Assembly: GCA_964546435.1 (NCBI GenBank)
Contig: CAZJKJ010000001.1
Coordinates: forward strand, 75,470 to 139,469
DNA length: 64,000 nucleotides
From: an uncultured Cellvibrionaceae bacterium
GTDB taxonomy: Bacteria > Pseudomonadota > Gammaproteobacteria > Pseudomonadales > Cellvibrionaceae
Direction: 5' to 3'
In this document: piece by piece, positions 1 through 9,874 of the stretch
How the letters are laid out: each line of letters opens with the position of its first letter
Numbering within the stretch: the first letter of the stretch is position 1
Position numbers and translations under genes: made by a program
The notes under the pieces: model-generated
Told to the model about the DNA's origin: nothing
What the model saw: only the letters and a program-made list of their open reading frames with translations
Database searches by the model: none

Positions 1-351
1 AAACAGGTCAAAGTCTTTGGCCTGAATTATGTCATCGATCACGTCAGCAGCGACCGCAGCCTCCTTATCGTGGACGACGTGTTCGACTCCGGAAGATCCA
101 TCGTTGCCGTTATCGAGGAGATCAGAAGTAAATCCCTTGCAGACTGCCCGACTGAAATCCGGGTCGCCTGCCCGTGGTACAAACCGCAGCGTAACCGGAG
201 TGAAATCGAACCGGATTATTATCTGCGAACCACGGATCAATGGCTGATTTTTCCCCATGAATTAAACGGGCTGACGCCATTAGAAGTCGCAAATTCCAAA
301 GGAATCGAAATCGCAGAAATGCTATTTGGTACCGGCGAGAATAATCTGTGA
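1..351 (+). CDS. type I phosphoribosyltransferase family protein (purine PRT-like), 5' end outside window
   Basis: Frame 1 is open from nt 1. The translation ...SLLIVDDVFDSGRS... is the PRPP-binding loop of type I phosphoribosyltransferases. Stop at 349-351. Confidence 0.75.
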   Translation, partial: KQVKVFGLNYVIDHVSSDRSLLIVDDVFDSGRSIVAVIEEIRSKSLADCPTEIRVACPWYKPQRNRSEIEPDYYLRTTDQWLIFPHELNGLTPLEVANSKGIEIAEMLFGTGENNL

Positions 352-436
352 TCTGAAGGGAATAACCGGCGGAAGGCTAATGGGAAAAACTGACGGAACG
401 CTGACGAAGGATCGACAGCGTTCCGCACACAACCAT

Positions 437-601
437 CTAAATCCTCGGCCGGCGGCCCATGACGGCAAAGACGATTGCCAATACGATACCGACCACGAAC
501 AGTATCCAGGCGATGTTGGTAGCGGCACCCGCGATACCGGAAAATCCGAAAACGGCTGCAACCAACCCTATGATCAAAAATGTTAAAGCCCAACTAAGCA
601 T
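437..601 (-). CDS. DUF1328/UPF0391 family small membrane protein (54 aa, below ORF-track cutoff)
   Basis: Hand translation of the minus strand gives [54 protein letters not shown]. This is the characteristic two-helix YtjA-like sequence. GGAGGATGAG lies just upstream of the ATG. Confidence 0.8.
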   Translation of the reverse strand: MLSWALTFLIIGLVAAVFGFSGIAGAATNIAWILFVVGIVLAIVFAVMGRRPRI

Positions 602-1016
602 GACTCATCCTCCAAAGGTTTTTACTTTATTAGAGCGATCGTCCAGAAACCGCTGCTGCTCAAACCAAAGCATTCACCGTGCCAGAATTCACGTGCGATA
701 TTTTACGGTAACCGGAAATCCGGCCGGAAGACCTCGGATTGCGGCCCCGACAAGCGATTCTCCCAACAGTTGAAATCAAACCGCGCGGTCTTTATTGCCA
801 TTCATAATGAGGAGCAACAACTCGCATAAATACCGCCATCGCGGGCGTGCGTCCAACAAATGTCAACTTTACAAACCCCCAGCCAAGTCCTGCAACGCAA
901 TCCTTCACTCATGCAACGTTCTACTGCAGCGTTTCCACAAGCGGCACAGGGAAGTGTCCTTCAAATACTCGCAGTGTCGCCATCTCATTTATTCCGAAAT
1001 AATTCTGGCCAAATAA

Positions 1017-1691
1017 TTGCAAAAGGTGACGAAAGATCTAGATTTTACTGTATGGCACTCGCTGAGGGATTCTCTAATGCAGAGCAATATTTTCTCGATG
1101 GAAAAATTTCTTCGCTTCATGAACAGAGCGACCCGGACCGGCATCTTCGACCAGTCCCAGAAGAAGGAATGGTTCCGGATTACCACTGACATCATCGGTC
1201 TGTTGACACCGGACGAACAGCGCGATCTGCGCACTCTGGACATCCCCACACTGGAACAGCGGTACACCGACAGCTTCGCGCAAAAAAATGTGAGCGTCAG
1301 CTCCTGGGCAATTTTCCAGAGAAAAAAATTTCTTACCTTCGCCGTCGGTGAATTCATTGCCTTTTCGGTAAATCCTACCCGGTACCTCAAGGAGCAGAAG
1401 CGCAAGTTTCTGAACCCCGCGACAGCTTTACTCGCTGACAATCAGGTCGTGCGCGTTAATCATGATGAAGAGCTGGAGCTCGCGTCATCAGACTTCAGTC
1501 CTCCGGCCAGGGTCCATGCGCCGGTCATGATGACGGCAACTGCGCGGCAGTCACGCGAACGGCTGGCTCATGAAGGACTGCGCGCCCGCAAGGAAACCGG
1601 GATCGAGTATCAGACCCGCATGCTTAACAATCCGGTGGGTCGCCATTTCCTCGCAGCACCGGCCCAGCAAGTGCTGATGGGGAATTTCTGA
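1017..1691 (+). CDS. hypothetical protein (start uncertain; internal Met candidates)
   Basis: Long ORF with non-shadow amino-acid composition and no strong overlapping gene. I recognised no family motif. Confidence 0.45.
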   Translation: MQKVTKDLDFTVWHSLRDSLMQSNIFSMEKFLRFMNRATRTGIFDQSQKKEWFRITTDIIGLLTPDEQRDLRTLDIPTLEQRYTDSFAQKNVSVSSWAIFQRKKFLTFAVGEFIAFSVNPTRYLKEQKRKFLNPATALLADNQVVRVNHDEELELASSDFSPPARVHAPVMMTATARQSRERLAHEGLRARKETGIEYQTRMLNNPVGRHFLAAPAQQVLMGNF

Positions 1692-1899
1692 TGGTTATTT
1701 CCTTCCCCCGTTAACGACCCCGTTCCAACGGGGCGTGACGGGTTCCATCCCTTATTCCTTAAACCTTCATCTCTGACCGAACAGTTATCCAAAAATCCTG
1801 CACCGACCAGATCCCCGACCAGACCGGTTGTTCTAACGAGCGGTTTTGCTTTAGAGTTCCCGATCTGTGCACCGGCACCGCCGTCCAAGGAAACTGTTT

Positions 1900-3216
1900 A
1901 TGCGGTACATATACAGCCTGCTCCTGATTCTTCTCAGCCCCCTTCTGATCGCCTATACGTTCATGCAGAAAAAACGCCGCGGAGGGGATCGGCGGTTCGT
2001 GCTGCAGCGGCTCGGCCTTTTTGCCCGGACGGCCGCCATCCATGATCAACCAGCCATCTGGTTCCACGCCGCATCGGTGGGTGAAACCAACTCCATCATT
2101 CCACTGGTGCGATCTCTGGGCGCCGCCAACCCCCAGCTGCGCCAGGTTATTACAACCAACACACCGGAAGCGGCCCGTATCGTCCAGAGCGCTTTCGGCA
2201 CCGAGATCCAGCACTATTATTTCACCACGGATTTTCCCGCGGCGGCCAGACGACTGGTGCGCTCCATCCAGCCGCTGGCGTTATTCGTGGTGGAAACGGA
2301 AATATGGCCAAATCTGTATCATCATTGCTTTCATGAACACATTCCGGTTGTCATTGTCAATGCCCGCCTCAGCCCCAAGACGATCAACTCCAACCGTTTT
2401 ATTAAAGCTCTATACCGGCAAACTTTGTCTGGCGTCACGGCCTTTTTGGCGCGATCCCGGACTGATGCGGATCACTACATCAAACTCGGAGCCAAACCGG
2501 AGCGTGTGACTGTACTGGGCAATATCAAATTTTCTGCGGCCCTGCAAAAATCCGCGGCGCCGCTTCCTGAATTAATCAACCGCGAATATCTGCTGGCCAT
2601 TTCTACCCATGCCGGCGAAGAAAAAATTCTGGCGAGCATGTTGCGCGAGTTGCAGCAACAAACCGGGCATACGGACCTGCTTCTGGTAATCGCACCTCGA
2701 CATCCGCAGCGGAGCACAGATATTCGCCGCGAACTGGCCCATCTGGAGCTGAATGTGAGTGTACGCAGCCAGCGCGAAGCCGTGACCGACACGACGGACA
2801 TTTATCTGGTCGATACGGTGGGAGAAATCAATGCGTTGCTCGCCGGACAGGCCAAAGCAGTATTTGTGGGCGGATCGCTGGTTCCCCTCGGCGGGCACAA
2901 CGTCCTGGAGCCTGCAATTTATGGGAAGCCCACACTGACAGGTCCGCACACCGAAAATTTCCGCGATGAAATGCAACTGCTGCGCAGTCACGACGCTGTT
3001 ATTGAAGCGGATTCGGCGACCGCACTGCAGACAGCATTCGATCAGCTGCTGCAGTCACCGGCGCGACAACAGGAACTCGGAGACAATGCACTGGAAGCAA
3101 TCCGATCGTGCCATGGAATTCTGGAGCAGTACCACAACCGCTTGCAAAACCTTTTGCAAGCCGAGCTTGCAACCCGGACTGCCTCGCCGGCATTCGCTGA
3201 TCAATCCGCGCCGTAA
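1900..3216 (+). CDS. waaA: 3-deoxy-D-manno-octulosonic acid (Kdo) transferase
   Basis: N-terminal membrane anchor MRYIYSLLLILLSPLL, then WFHAASVGETNSIIPLV (the WxHxxSVGE motif of KdtA/WaaA). About 438 aa. The ORF opens at 1867, but the Met at 1900 matches the usual N-terminus. Confidence 0.9.
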   Translation: MRYIYSLLLILLSPLLIAYTFMQKKRRGGDRRFVLQRLGLFARTAAIHDQPAIWFHAASVGETNSIIPLVRSLGAANPQLRQVITTNTPEAARIVQSAFGTEIQHYYFTTDFPAAARRLVRSIQPLALFVVETEIWPNLYHHCFHEHIPVVIVNARLSPKTINSNRFIKALYRQTLSGVTAFLARSRTDADHYIKLGAKPERVTVLGNIKFSAALQKSAAPLPELINREYLLAISTHAGEEKILASMLRELQQQTGHTDLLLVIAPRHPQRSTDIRRELAHLELNVSVRSQREAVTDTTDIYLVDTVGEINALLAGQAKAVFVGGSLVPLGGHNVLEPAIYGKPTLTGPHTENFRDEMQLLRSHDAVIEADSATALQTAFDQLLQSPARQQELGDNALEAIRSCHGILEQYHNRLQNLLQAELATRTASPAFADQSAP

Positions 3217-3914
3217 CCACGCTGGAAGTTACTCCAGTCGCTCTCGCTGAAATGAAACGTCGCGGTATTCGCAGTTAATTTTTTTAGCGAACGCAGAAAT
3301 CGGTTCAGATTATCGAGCTTCCATTTTTCTGTCTGTTCCGCACGCACACGACTTTTATCGAAATCGATCAACCAGATGCGACCAGGCGCGTCGATCAGAA
3401 TATTGTTTGCATTAAGATCCGCATGAAAAACGGAATGATCGTGAAATCTCCGGATAGTTTTGCCAACGTCACGCCACTGCGTCGATGACAACGGATTGGC
3501 TTCAAGATGTTGGGCAAGGGTTACGCTTTGGGGGATTTCTTCGGTCACCAATTGTCCGCGATAGCACAATAAAAACTGTCGTTCACACTCCACCGCAATA
3601 ACACGCGGAACCGGCAAATCAAAGGATTTCATGTGCCGCAGCAAGTGAAACTCCTGCCACATCCGGGTGTTTCCGAGGCCGGTATAGACATACCGCGTCT
3701 GCACGATGCGTCCGAACAGACCACCACGGCGGTACCGCTTCCGCACCATGGATACTCCGTGGCGACAAAAAAAGGAAACGGCCGCGCGCCCGCGACGGTT
3801 GTCCCGCTCCCCGCGCGCCGGCGGCGTGCCAGCGAAAAGCGTTTGGTCCCAATGGCCGGAAGCGTCGTTGAACAAATACTGGCGATTCCCGTGGCGGACC
3901 TGTCGATAATTCAT
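3201..3914 (-). CDS. kdkA: 3-deoxy-D-manno-octulosonic acid kinase
   Basis: Kinase-fold motifs HADLNANNILID and WLIDFDKS, with the RRGGLFG region typical of KdkA. The ORF is open up to 4001. The Met at 3914 (MNYRQV...) gives the usual length of about 237 aa; 3968 and 4001 are alternatives. Confidence 0.8.
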   Translation of the reverse strand: MNYRQVRHGNRQYLFNDASGHWDQTLFAGTPPARGERDNRRGRAAVSFFCRHGVSMVRKRYRRGGLFGRIVQTRYVYTGLGNTRMWQEFHLLRHMKSFDLPVPRVIAVECERQFLLCYRGQLVTEEIPQSVTLAQHLEANPLSSTQWRDVGKTIRRFHDHSVFHADLNANNILIDAPGRIWLIDFDKSRVRAEQTEKWKLDNLNRFLRSLKKLTANTATFHFSESDWSNFQRGYGAD

Positions 3915-4001
3915 GATTGCGCTTCCAGTCAGTGATTGAACGTCGACTTCGTCTGACAGTCCCCGCATAATATCGCCCTGCAACCGCAACTGGAGTCGCA
4001 C

Positions 4002-4892
4002 ATGAATTTACCCTCTCAATCTCATTGGACCGACCCTCTGGTCGGTTTGTTTTTGCGCTTTGCTGCGGGGGGGGCCGTGCCGGCGCGGTGGTTCATGAAC
4101 AGAATCCCCACACCGAAAGAACGCCATGCGAAGACCGGCCGGCTCAATATCGAGATCGTCAGCCATTGCTGGAATTATTCACATTTCCTCGCCTACCAGT
4201 TGAGCTCTCTGGTGAAGTTCCCCCCGCAGCGGGTGAATATTACCATGACCGTCTTTTACAGTGATGAAGATGTTAAAACCCGCGAGTTGCTCGATTTTTT
4301 CGGACAGATAGAGCGACCCACCATCAGGTGGAACTGGCAGTCGCTGCCAAAAAGCCAACTTTTTCGGCGCGCCATCGGTCGCAACATGGCCGCACAGCAA
4401 ACCACTGCGGACTGGATCTGGTTTACCGACTGTGATCTGTTATTTCGGGACAATTGTCTGGATGAGCTTTCGCATCGGCTCCAGGGCCGAAAGGACACCC
4501 TGGTTTACCCGCAATATGAAAAGGTCACGTCCCTGTTGCCCGAATCAGACCCGATGCTGAAAAACGGCGCGACCGGGCAGATAGTGGATATAAATCCGCA
4601 ACATTTTTCCCTGCTTAAAAAAAGCCGGGCTACCGGTCCGTTACAGATTACCCATGGCGATGTCGCGCGCGCATGTGGTTATTGCGCCGATCTGAGTTTG
4701 TATCAGAAGCCTTCGGACGTGTGGTGCAAAGCCTATGAAGACCGTGCTTTTCGATGGTTGCTGCGAACCCAGGGCGTACCGATTGATCTGCCCGGCGTCT
4801 ATCGCATCCGCCATGTCAGCAAAGGCCGCTACACCGGAAGTCAGGTCAACACGAGTTTGCGCAGTCGTTTGCGCAGATTGACGTCGCGCTAG
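4002..4892 (+). CDS. glycosyltransferase (GT-A fold, probable LPS core)
   Basis: IEIVSHCWNYSHFL, then a DxD-like FTDCDLLF. Located next to waaA/kdkA. The start may instead be the internal Met at about 4095. Confidence 0.55.
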   Translation: MNLPSQSHWTDPLVGLFLRFAAGGAVPARWFMNRIPTPKERHAKTGRLNIEIVSHCWNYSHFLAYQLSSLVKFPPQRVNITMTVFYSDEDVKTRELLDFFGQIERPTIRWNWQSLPKSQLFRRAIGRNMAAQQTTADWIWFTDCDLLFRDNCLDELSHRLQGRKDTLVYPQYEKVTSLLPESDPMLKNGATGQIVDINPQHFSLLKKSRATGPLQITHGDVARACGYCADLSLYQKPSDVWCKAYEDRAFRWLLRTQGVPIDLPGVYRIRHVSKGRYTGSQVNTSLRSRLRRLTSR

Positions 4893-4955
4893 AAGGACAC
4901 TGTCAAAATGACATTTTAGTAGCGTCGCTTTTGGTAGTGTCGCTTCCGCTGCGAA

Positions 4956-5357
4956 TCAGATTTCAAGTCGCTCCAGAATGGATTCACACGGCTCCGGGAC
5001 TGGATCACCCGCGTCGGATATTTCAGCTGACCAGGACCCGACCTCGGGTTCTACCCAGTCGTCCTCGTCCGTCAAATCTATCGCGTCGACCCGCCCGGAG
5101 TCGGCGACGGAGGTTGCAATTTCTTCCTGCGGCAGTTCGTCAGCATGTTCGATTGCGGCAATCAATTCATCAATAATGCTTTCCGAAATGGTGCTTCCCG
5201 AACGAGGCGGCGCTTCGACCGGCTGCTGCGGTGCATTACCGAGGTTGTGACGTACTACAGATCCGGCAGTTTCACTGACCGATGCTGCGGAGTTTTCGGA
5301 GTTACAGCCAGTAAAAGCCAGGGCTGCCAGAAGTGCGATCGTGATACTGCTTTTCAA
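4956..5357 (-). CDS. acidic lipoprotein, unknown function
   Basis: Signal peptide plus lipobox MKSSITIALLAALAFTGC. The mature part is Asp/Glu-rich. Confidence 0.55.
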   Translation of the reverse strand: MKSSITIALLAALAFTGCNSENSAASVSETAGSVVRHNLGNAPQQPVEAPPRSGSTISESIIDELIAAIEHADELPQEEIATSVADSGRVDAIDLTDEDDWVEPEVGSWSAEISDAGDPVPEPCESILERLEI

Positions 5358-5969
5358 GGTAAATATCCTGCTTTGGTTACATCTGCCTTAAATATAGTAG
5401 CTGCGACACAGCTCCATTAGTCTTAAATGCCATAGCTGCCAGCAGTTCAAACGGGCCGCGATCAACTAAAAAATGTGAACGCGATCGTTCAGGTTTATTT
5501 TGTGCAGCGCGTCACGAACAAACAGTGATGGATGCCCGCTCAAAATGACTTCCGTAATTCTATGGCAGAATTTAAAGCTGAAAATCGCGATAAGGTCCGC
5601 TTTTGGATGATCCGTACCACGGAAAAACGTCTGATAGTGAACTCCAACACGTGCTGAATGCGGCGTGCGTAACGCAGGTCGGAACCGGTCTGGACTGAAA
5701 TGCGCCAAGGGATGCATTCGCTGAAACGGGCGTTCGGGCGTGCTTTTCGATCCAAAGTCGCTTGCTGCTGTGATCCCGCGATCAACTGATTTTTCCGAAT
5801 TGTTAAGCCTGTCGTTAATTTCCACAGACCTCGCTTTCCCAAGAGGGATCTCCTGTGGCAAAATTGCGACCCCACCGGGATATTCCCATGAGACTGCGGG
5901 ATGTCAACGCGAGCGATGCGATTGCGGCATGCCATGGGACTTTGTTTGATTCAAGGGAGAGATACCATT

Positions 5970-6287
5970 TTGAAAACTTTTCTCGTTTCCGTTTTTGCAA
6001 CTCTCGTCGCTACCTCTACCCACCTGCAGGCACAGACAGACGAAGAGCTCAGAGCCATGCAGCAGAGCCTTAACAAAGAAGTGATGGAAAAGCCGTTCTC
6101 CGTTGAGGACGAAGCCAAGATTGATGCATTTATCAAAAACGCGATGGCCAAGGATTTGAAGCCGCAAGCCACGAAAGCGCCGGATGGCTGGAAGCCCGGC
6201 TTCACCTGTGCGGATATTTACAACACCGGCTGGAACAACTATCGCAATTGTCGCCACTACCGCAGCTATTACGGCCGCTATTGGTAG
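5970..6287 (+). CDS. small secreted protein, unknown function
   Basis: TTG at 5970 is preceded by GGGAGAG about 8 nt upstream. It gives MKTFLVSVFATLVATSTHLQA, a signal peptide. The C-terminus is Tyr/Arg/Trp-rich and ends ...YYGRYW. Confidence 0.5.
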   Translation: MKTFLVSVFATLVATSTHLQAQTDEELRAMQQSLNKEVMEKPFSVEDEAKIDAFIKNAMAKDLKPQATKAPDGWKPGFTCADIYNTGWNNYRNCRHYRSYYGRYW

Positions 6288-6449
6288 TAGACGGCATACT
6301 GCGAGGACCCGGAATCGTGGCGTTGTCGCAGCGTGATCCGGTGAAGGGATGCCAGGTATCGGGCTGTCCGCTTCATTACCGTACTGTGTTCGAATGATTC
6401 ATCATCTCCCCGGGGATGATGGCTGTTATACCTATACCTTCCACAAAGG

Positions 6450-7226
6450 ATGAAAACCATGAAAGCCCCAAGCATCGTCTCCATTGGCTGGAAAGCCGCA
6501 CTGCTCACCATCGCTCTTTCAATATTCGCTGGCTGCTCGGCCACTCAGGTTGCGTTGAACAAGAAGAATCTGGACGTGCAGACACGCACGAGCACCGCGG
6601 TATTCGTCGATCCGGTTGCGAGGGAAAAGCGCACGGTATACGTGGACGTTAAAAGCGGCGTGATGGAATTCGATCGACGGGCATTCAAACAGTTTGTCAT
6701 CGAGCAGTTTGGCTTGAATGACAATGGTTATCGGATTGTCGACAACCCTGAGACAGCCCAGTTTTCGCTGGTTGCCTATGTGCTGAACCTGGAGAAAACC
6801 AGCCCGTCCGCAGCTGAAGCTGCCCTGGGTCAGGGCTATATGGGCGGTGCAGTTGTAGCAGGGGCTGCCGTTGGCGCAGTTGCCAATAACTCTTACCCCG
6901 TACGCGGTGCCGTGGCCGGTGGCATTGTCGGCGGGGCTGCAGAGCTGATCAGCGGTGCTTTAGTGAAAGACGTCACCTACATGCTGGTGTGTGATGTTCA
7001 GATTACCGAGCGTACTGCCCACGGCGCCATTGTGCGTAAAGATGTCCAGCTGGACGCCAAAGTTTCCGATTCAGGCTCCGCGCGCCAGACCGTCTCGGAA
7101 GTATCCAACAAGAAAGATTACCGCACTCGCATCGTGACCACGGCCAACAAAGCGAACCTGAAGCTGGAGCAGGCACAGGAACTGATGTTTCAGAAAACCG
7201 CTTACGCCATGTCCAGCTTCTTTTAA
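6450..7226 (+). CDS. traT: TraT-like complement-resistance / surface-exclusion outer-membrane lipoprotein
   Basis: Lipobox SIFAGCS. Collinear similarity to F/R100 TraT as I remember it: KKNLDVQTRTS vs KKRNLEVKTQMS, DVTYMLVCDVQITERT vs DVNYTMITDVQIAERT, YRTRIVTTANKANLK vs YQTRVVSNANKVNLK. Confidence 0.85.
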   Translation: MKTMKAPSIVSIGWKAALLTIALSIFAGCSATQVALNKKNLDVQTRTSTAVFVDPVAREKRTVYVDVKSGVMEFDRRAFKQFVIEQFGLNDNGYRIVDNPETAQFSLVAYVLNLEKTSPSAAEAALGQGYMGGAVVAGAAVGAVANNSYPVRGAVAGGIVGGAAELISGALVKDVTYMLVCDVQITERTAHGAIVRKDVQLDAKVSDSGSARQTVSEVSNKKDYRTRIVTTANKANLKLEQAQELMFQKTAYAMSSFF

Positions 7227-7277
7227 TTACCCGCGTCTGTTAACACTAACGCCGGACCATCCGGCGTGCCTGTCTGT

Positions 7278-7304
7278 CCGCACCCCTGCATCACAGGGGT
7301 GCGG
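7278..7304. terminator. hairpin between convergent traT-like and VWA genes (candidate bidirectional terminator)
   Basis: CCGCACCCCTG (7278-7288) pairs perfectly with CAGGGGTGCGG (7294-7304), with a 5-nt loop. It sits between stop codons at 7226 (+) and 7331 (-). There is no strong U-tract. Confidence 0.5.
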
Positions 7305-7330
7305 GTCACCAATCTGCATCTGACCCCCGC

Positions 7331-9670
7331 TCAGTTCCGTTTCAATCCCGTCAGGGGATCGATATCGTCCGGCATCTGGTTTTGGATGGAATCGTCCATG
7401 TCGTCCGGCTCGCCGTCCAGCTCATCAATCAGATTGGTGATGGCGTCATCCAGCTCGTCGCCCTCCAGGTCGAGCCCCTGGGCTTTCCGCATCTGCGCGG
7501 CAAAATCTTCCTTCTCTCCCGGCGTTGCATCGGCCGTCGCCCAGGCAACGATATCGCTTTCGATGTCATCCATCTCGTAACCGTCTTCGGCGGGAAGCGT
7601 GGGTGTCTCGACTGGATCCGCGACGGGATCCACCAGTTCCGGCGGCGGGTCCATGACCATCGGCTCCGGTTCGAGGGTTTCCATTGAGGGTTCGGAATCG
7701 AGATCTTCCATGCCCGGCTCTTCCTCGGGCACCGCTTCCTCAACATCGAATTCATCCAGTTTCGGCTCGGCGTCCCAGTCCATTTTCATGAGGTCAGTGT
7801 CCGCCATCGCAAAGGATTCCTCTTCGCTCGGCGACGCTGCCTCGGGCGGATTCTCACTCGAGGGGGCACTTTTACGACGCCTGCCAATCAGGTAAACCAA
7901 TCCCAGCGTAGCCCCGCCGCCAGCAACCAGAAGCACTGCCCAAAGCCAGACGGGAATTCCGTCATCCCGTTGCTCGGGGGGAAGCGGTTCCGGTTCCGAC
8001 ACTTCCGGTGGTGACGGAGGCGTCGCGACTACCGGCGGCGCCTCCGGCTCTTCATCATCGGGTACAGCGAACAGCCCATCCGCATTCAGCCCCAGCACCT
8101 GGGGCCCGAGGTCGTACTGAAATGGTTCACCTGCCGTATTTTGGCCGGTGACTTTTGCCGTAAGCAGGTGATCACCATTTGGGCGGGGGGTAATGACGGC
8201 CTGCCAATACCCCTGGGAGTCCCATTGCAATGGGCGAACCTGCTTGCGTCGGTCTGGCCCCAGGACTGACGCCACCACTTGCACCCGTTCAGGTGCAAAG
8301 TCCACCAGATGAGGAACGACCCTGAGCTCAAAGCCGATCTGGCCCTGGCTGTCCGTCAATTCAGTGGATTCAAGACTGAAAGGCGGGCTGACCTGCAGAG
8401 GATGAGAGATGCGGCGCTGAAACGTCTGCCCGTTTACTTCGAGATCAAGGCGATAATCCCCCGCTTCGTCAAGTGAGGGCAGACTGATGGCAAATATGCC
8501 GCGTTCGGGAATGCGCCCGGCGGGCAGTTCGTCTGTCCACACGGGCATATCCGCACGCTCAACCCGCCGGATCAAGGTGGCGCGGGCAGACAGCAGCGCC
8601 AGAAACTGAGGGTCGGTAATCGCTGCATTGCCTTCGGTCACAGCAAATTCAGCGGTGAGCGCTGCTCCCTGCAAGACATTGATCGGCAGCGGTCGCAGGC
8701 GCAATCCGAGATTGCTGATTACCGTCACGCGGCTTTCCGGCGCGATATCGGCCAGTACTTTCCACTCGCCTTCCAGCGGATGCTTCACGGTCATCAAGTC
8801 ATACTGGTCTGTCTGATACCACTGAATATCTGCGTCCTGTTTGTCTGCCAGATAAATGGTGCCGTCCGGGCTCACCAGTTGGGTCGGCTTTTCCGACTGA
8901 CGCCGAAAAATCAGGGCGGTCAGTTCTTCCACGGATGAATCCACCAGGAACGCGTTGCCGTCACCGATTGGCAGCTGGTCGGCGGGTGCCGAAGCATCGA
9001 AGGCTTTAATGAATGCCATCATGAGCGCATCGGCATTGTCCGCCACGGTGTGGGACCCGTCCGTGGCCTGTGCCAGCTTTTTCATCAGGCCCGCATCCGC
9101 GTTTGCAGACAGCGCGATGGTATGCAGCGTCATGCCTCGAGCCTGGATACGGGCCAGCACGTCGTTCTGTATCCGCCCTCTTTCCTGCAGATTTTTGGCG
9201 GGGTCCCGGTCAATATCGACCATGCCATCGGTGAGCAGAATGAGGTGCCCCCTGCCGGCGTCGGCGGGCGAAGGGACGCTGATCGCGTTCTCCAGAGCAC
9301 TACCGATGTTGGTAAACAACCCGGTCGCGTTGATTTGTTCGGCTTGCCGGCGCGCTTCATCGCGCCATGAATCGTCGACCTTCCGAAAGGGCACCAGCAT
9401 GTTGACCTGACGCCCGAAGGTCCAGATACCCGCATGACTGCCGTCGGGAAGGATTCTGACCAGAAGGTCCACCGCCGGTTTACGCAGGTCCGCCGGATCA
9501 TTGCGCTTCATGCTGCCGGAAATGTCGATGATCAGGCGGATATCCGCGTTCGTCGGAGGCCGGGGAAGTTCAGAGGGTCGCTGTGACAACGCCGGCAGCG
9601 ACAGCAGAAGCACCCACAATACCAATGTGAGGCGCGCGGCTCTTCGGGTCGATCGTTGAACGCAGTTCAT
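7331..9670 (-). CDS. von Willebrand factor A domain membrane protein with acidic cytoplasmic tail
   Basis: Signal sequence, then a MIDAS-type DISGSM motif (LIIDISGSMKRND). A single TM (VWLWAVLLVAGGGATLGLVYLIG) precedes a very Asp/Glu/Pro-rich tail of about 190 aa. Confidence 0.8.
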   Translation of the reverse strand: MNCVQRSTRRAARLTLVLWVLLLSLPALSQRPSELPRPPTNADIRLIIDISGSMKRNDPADLRKPAVDLLVRILPDGSHAGIWTFGRQVNMLVPFRKVDDSWRDEARRQAEQINATGLFTNIGSALENAISVPSPADAGRGHLILLTDGMVDIDRDPAKNLQERGRIQNDVLARIQARGMTLHTIALSANADAGLMKKLAQATDGSHTVADNADALMMAFIKAFDASAPADQLPIGDGNAFLVDSSVEELTALIFRRQSEKPTQLVSPDGTIYLADKQDADIQWYQTDQYDLMTVKHPLEGEWKVLADIAPESRVTVISNLGLRLRPLPINVLQGAALTAEFAVTEGNAAITDPQFLALLSARATLIRRVERADMPVWTDELPAGRIPERGIFAISLPSLDEAGDYRLDLEVNGQTFQRRISHPLQVSPPFSLESTELTDSQGQIGFELRVVPHLVDFAPERVQVVASVLGPDRRKQVRPLQWDSQGYWQAVITPRPNGDHLLTAKVTGQNTAGEPFQYDLGPQVLGLNADGLFAVPDDEEPEAPPVVATPPSPPEVSEPEPLPPEQRDDGIPVWLWAVLLVAGGGATLGLVYLIGRRRKSAPSSENPPEAASPSEEESFAMADTDLMKMDWDAEPKLDEFDVEEAVPEEEPGMEDLDSEPSMETLEPEPMVMDPPPELVDPVADPVETPTLPAEDGYEMDDIESDIVAWATADATPGEKEDFAAQMRKAQGLDLEGDELDDAITNLIDELDGEPDDMDDSIQNQMPDDIDPLTGLKRN

Positions 9671-9874
9671 GGCGGCGGTGCTTGCTCTCGGACGTGAGAT
9701 TTAGATTGGCCGCCCGCATATGAAACTTGATGCGTTAACTAATGGAGGCGACGCGCTATATCTACTATTTATAGCAGTCTGAGAGCATTCGTGGGATTAG
9801 CTGCGGGTATTGCCTTGAAACCCGCAGAAGAAATGTCCGGGACGAAAATCGCCCGGAATTGTGCAGCGGCGGGT

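Noticed and set aside
1715-1740. CCCCGTT..AACGGGG hairpin after the hypothetical gene at 1017-1691
   Set aside because: The loop is very short and no U-tract follows. It may be structural, but the support for an intrinsic terminator is insufficient.
5456-5787. 12-bp direct repeat CCGCGATCAACT at 5456-5467 and 5776-5787
   Set aside because: It is too short to distinguish from chance, and there is no transposase or integrase between the copies.
5466-5935. Two overlapping 131-aa minus-strand ORFs in the 540-nt gap between the lipoprotein and secreted-protein genes
   Set aside because: Neither has a recognisable motif or a clear RBS, and they compete for the same DNA. This could be a degraded gene or a non-coding spacer. 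I could not decide, so I did not call it.
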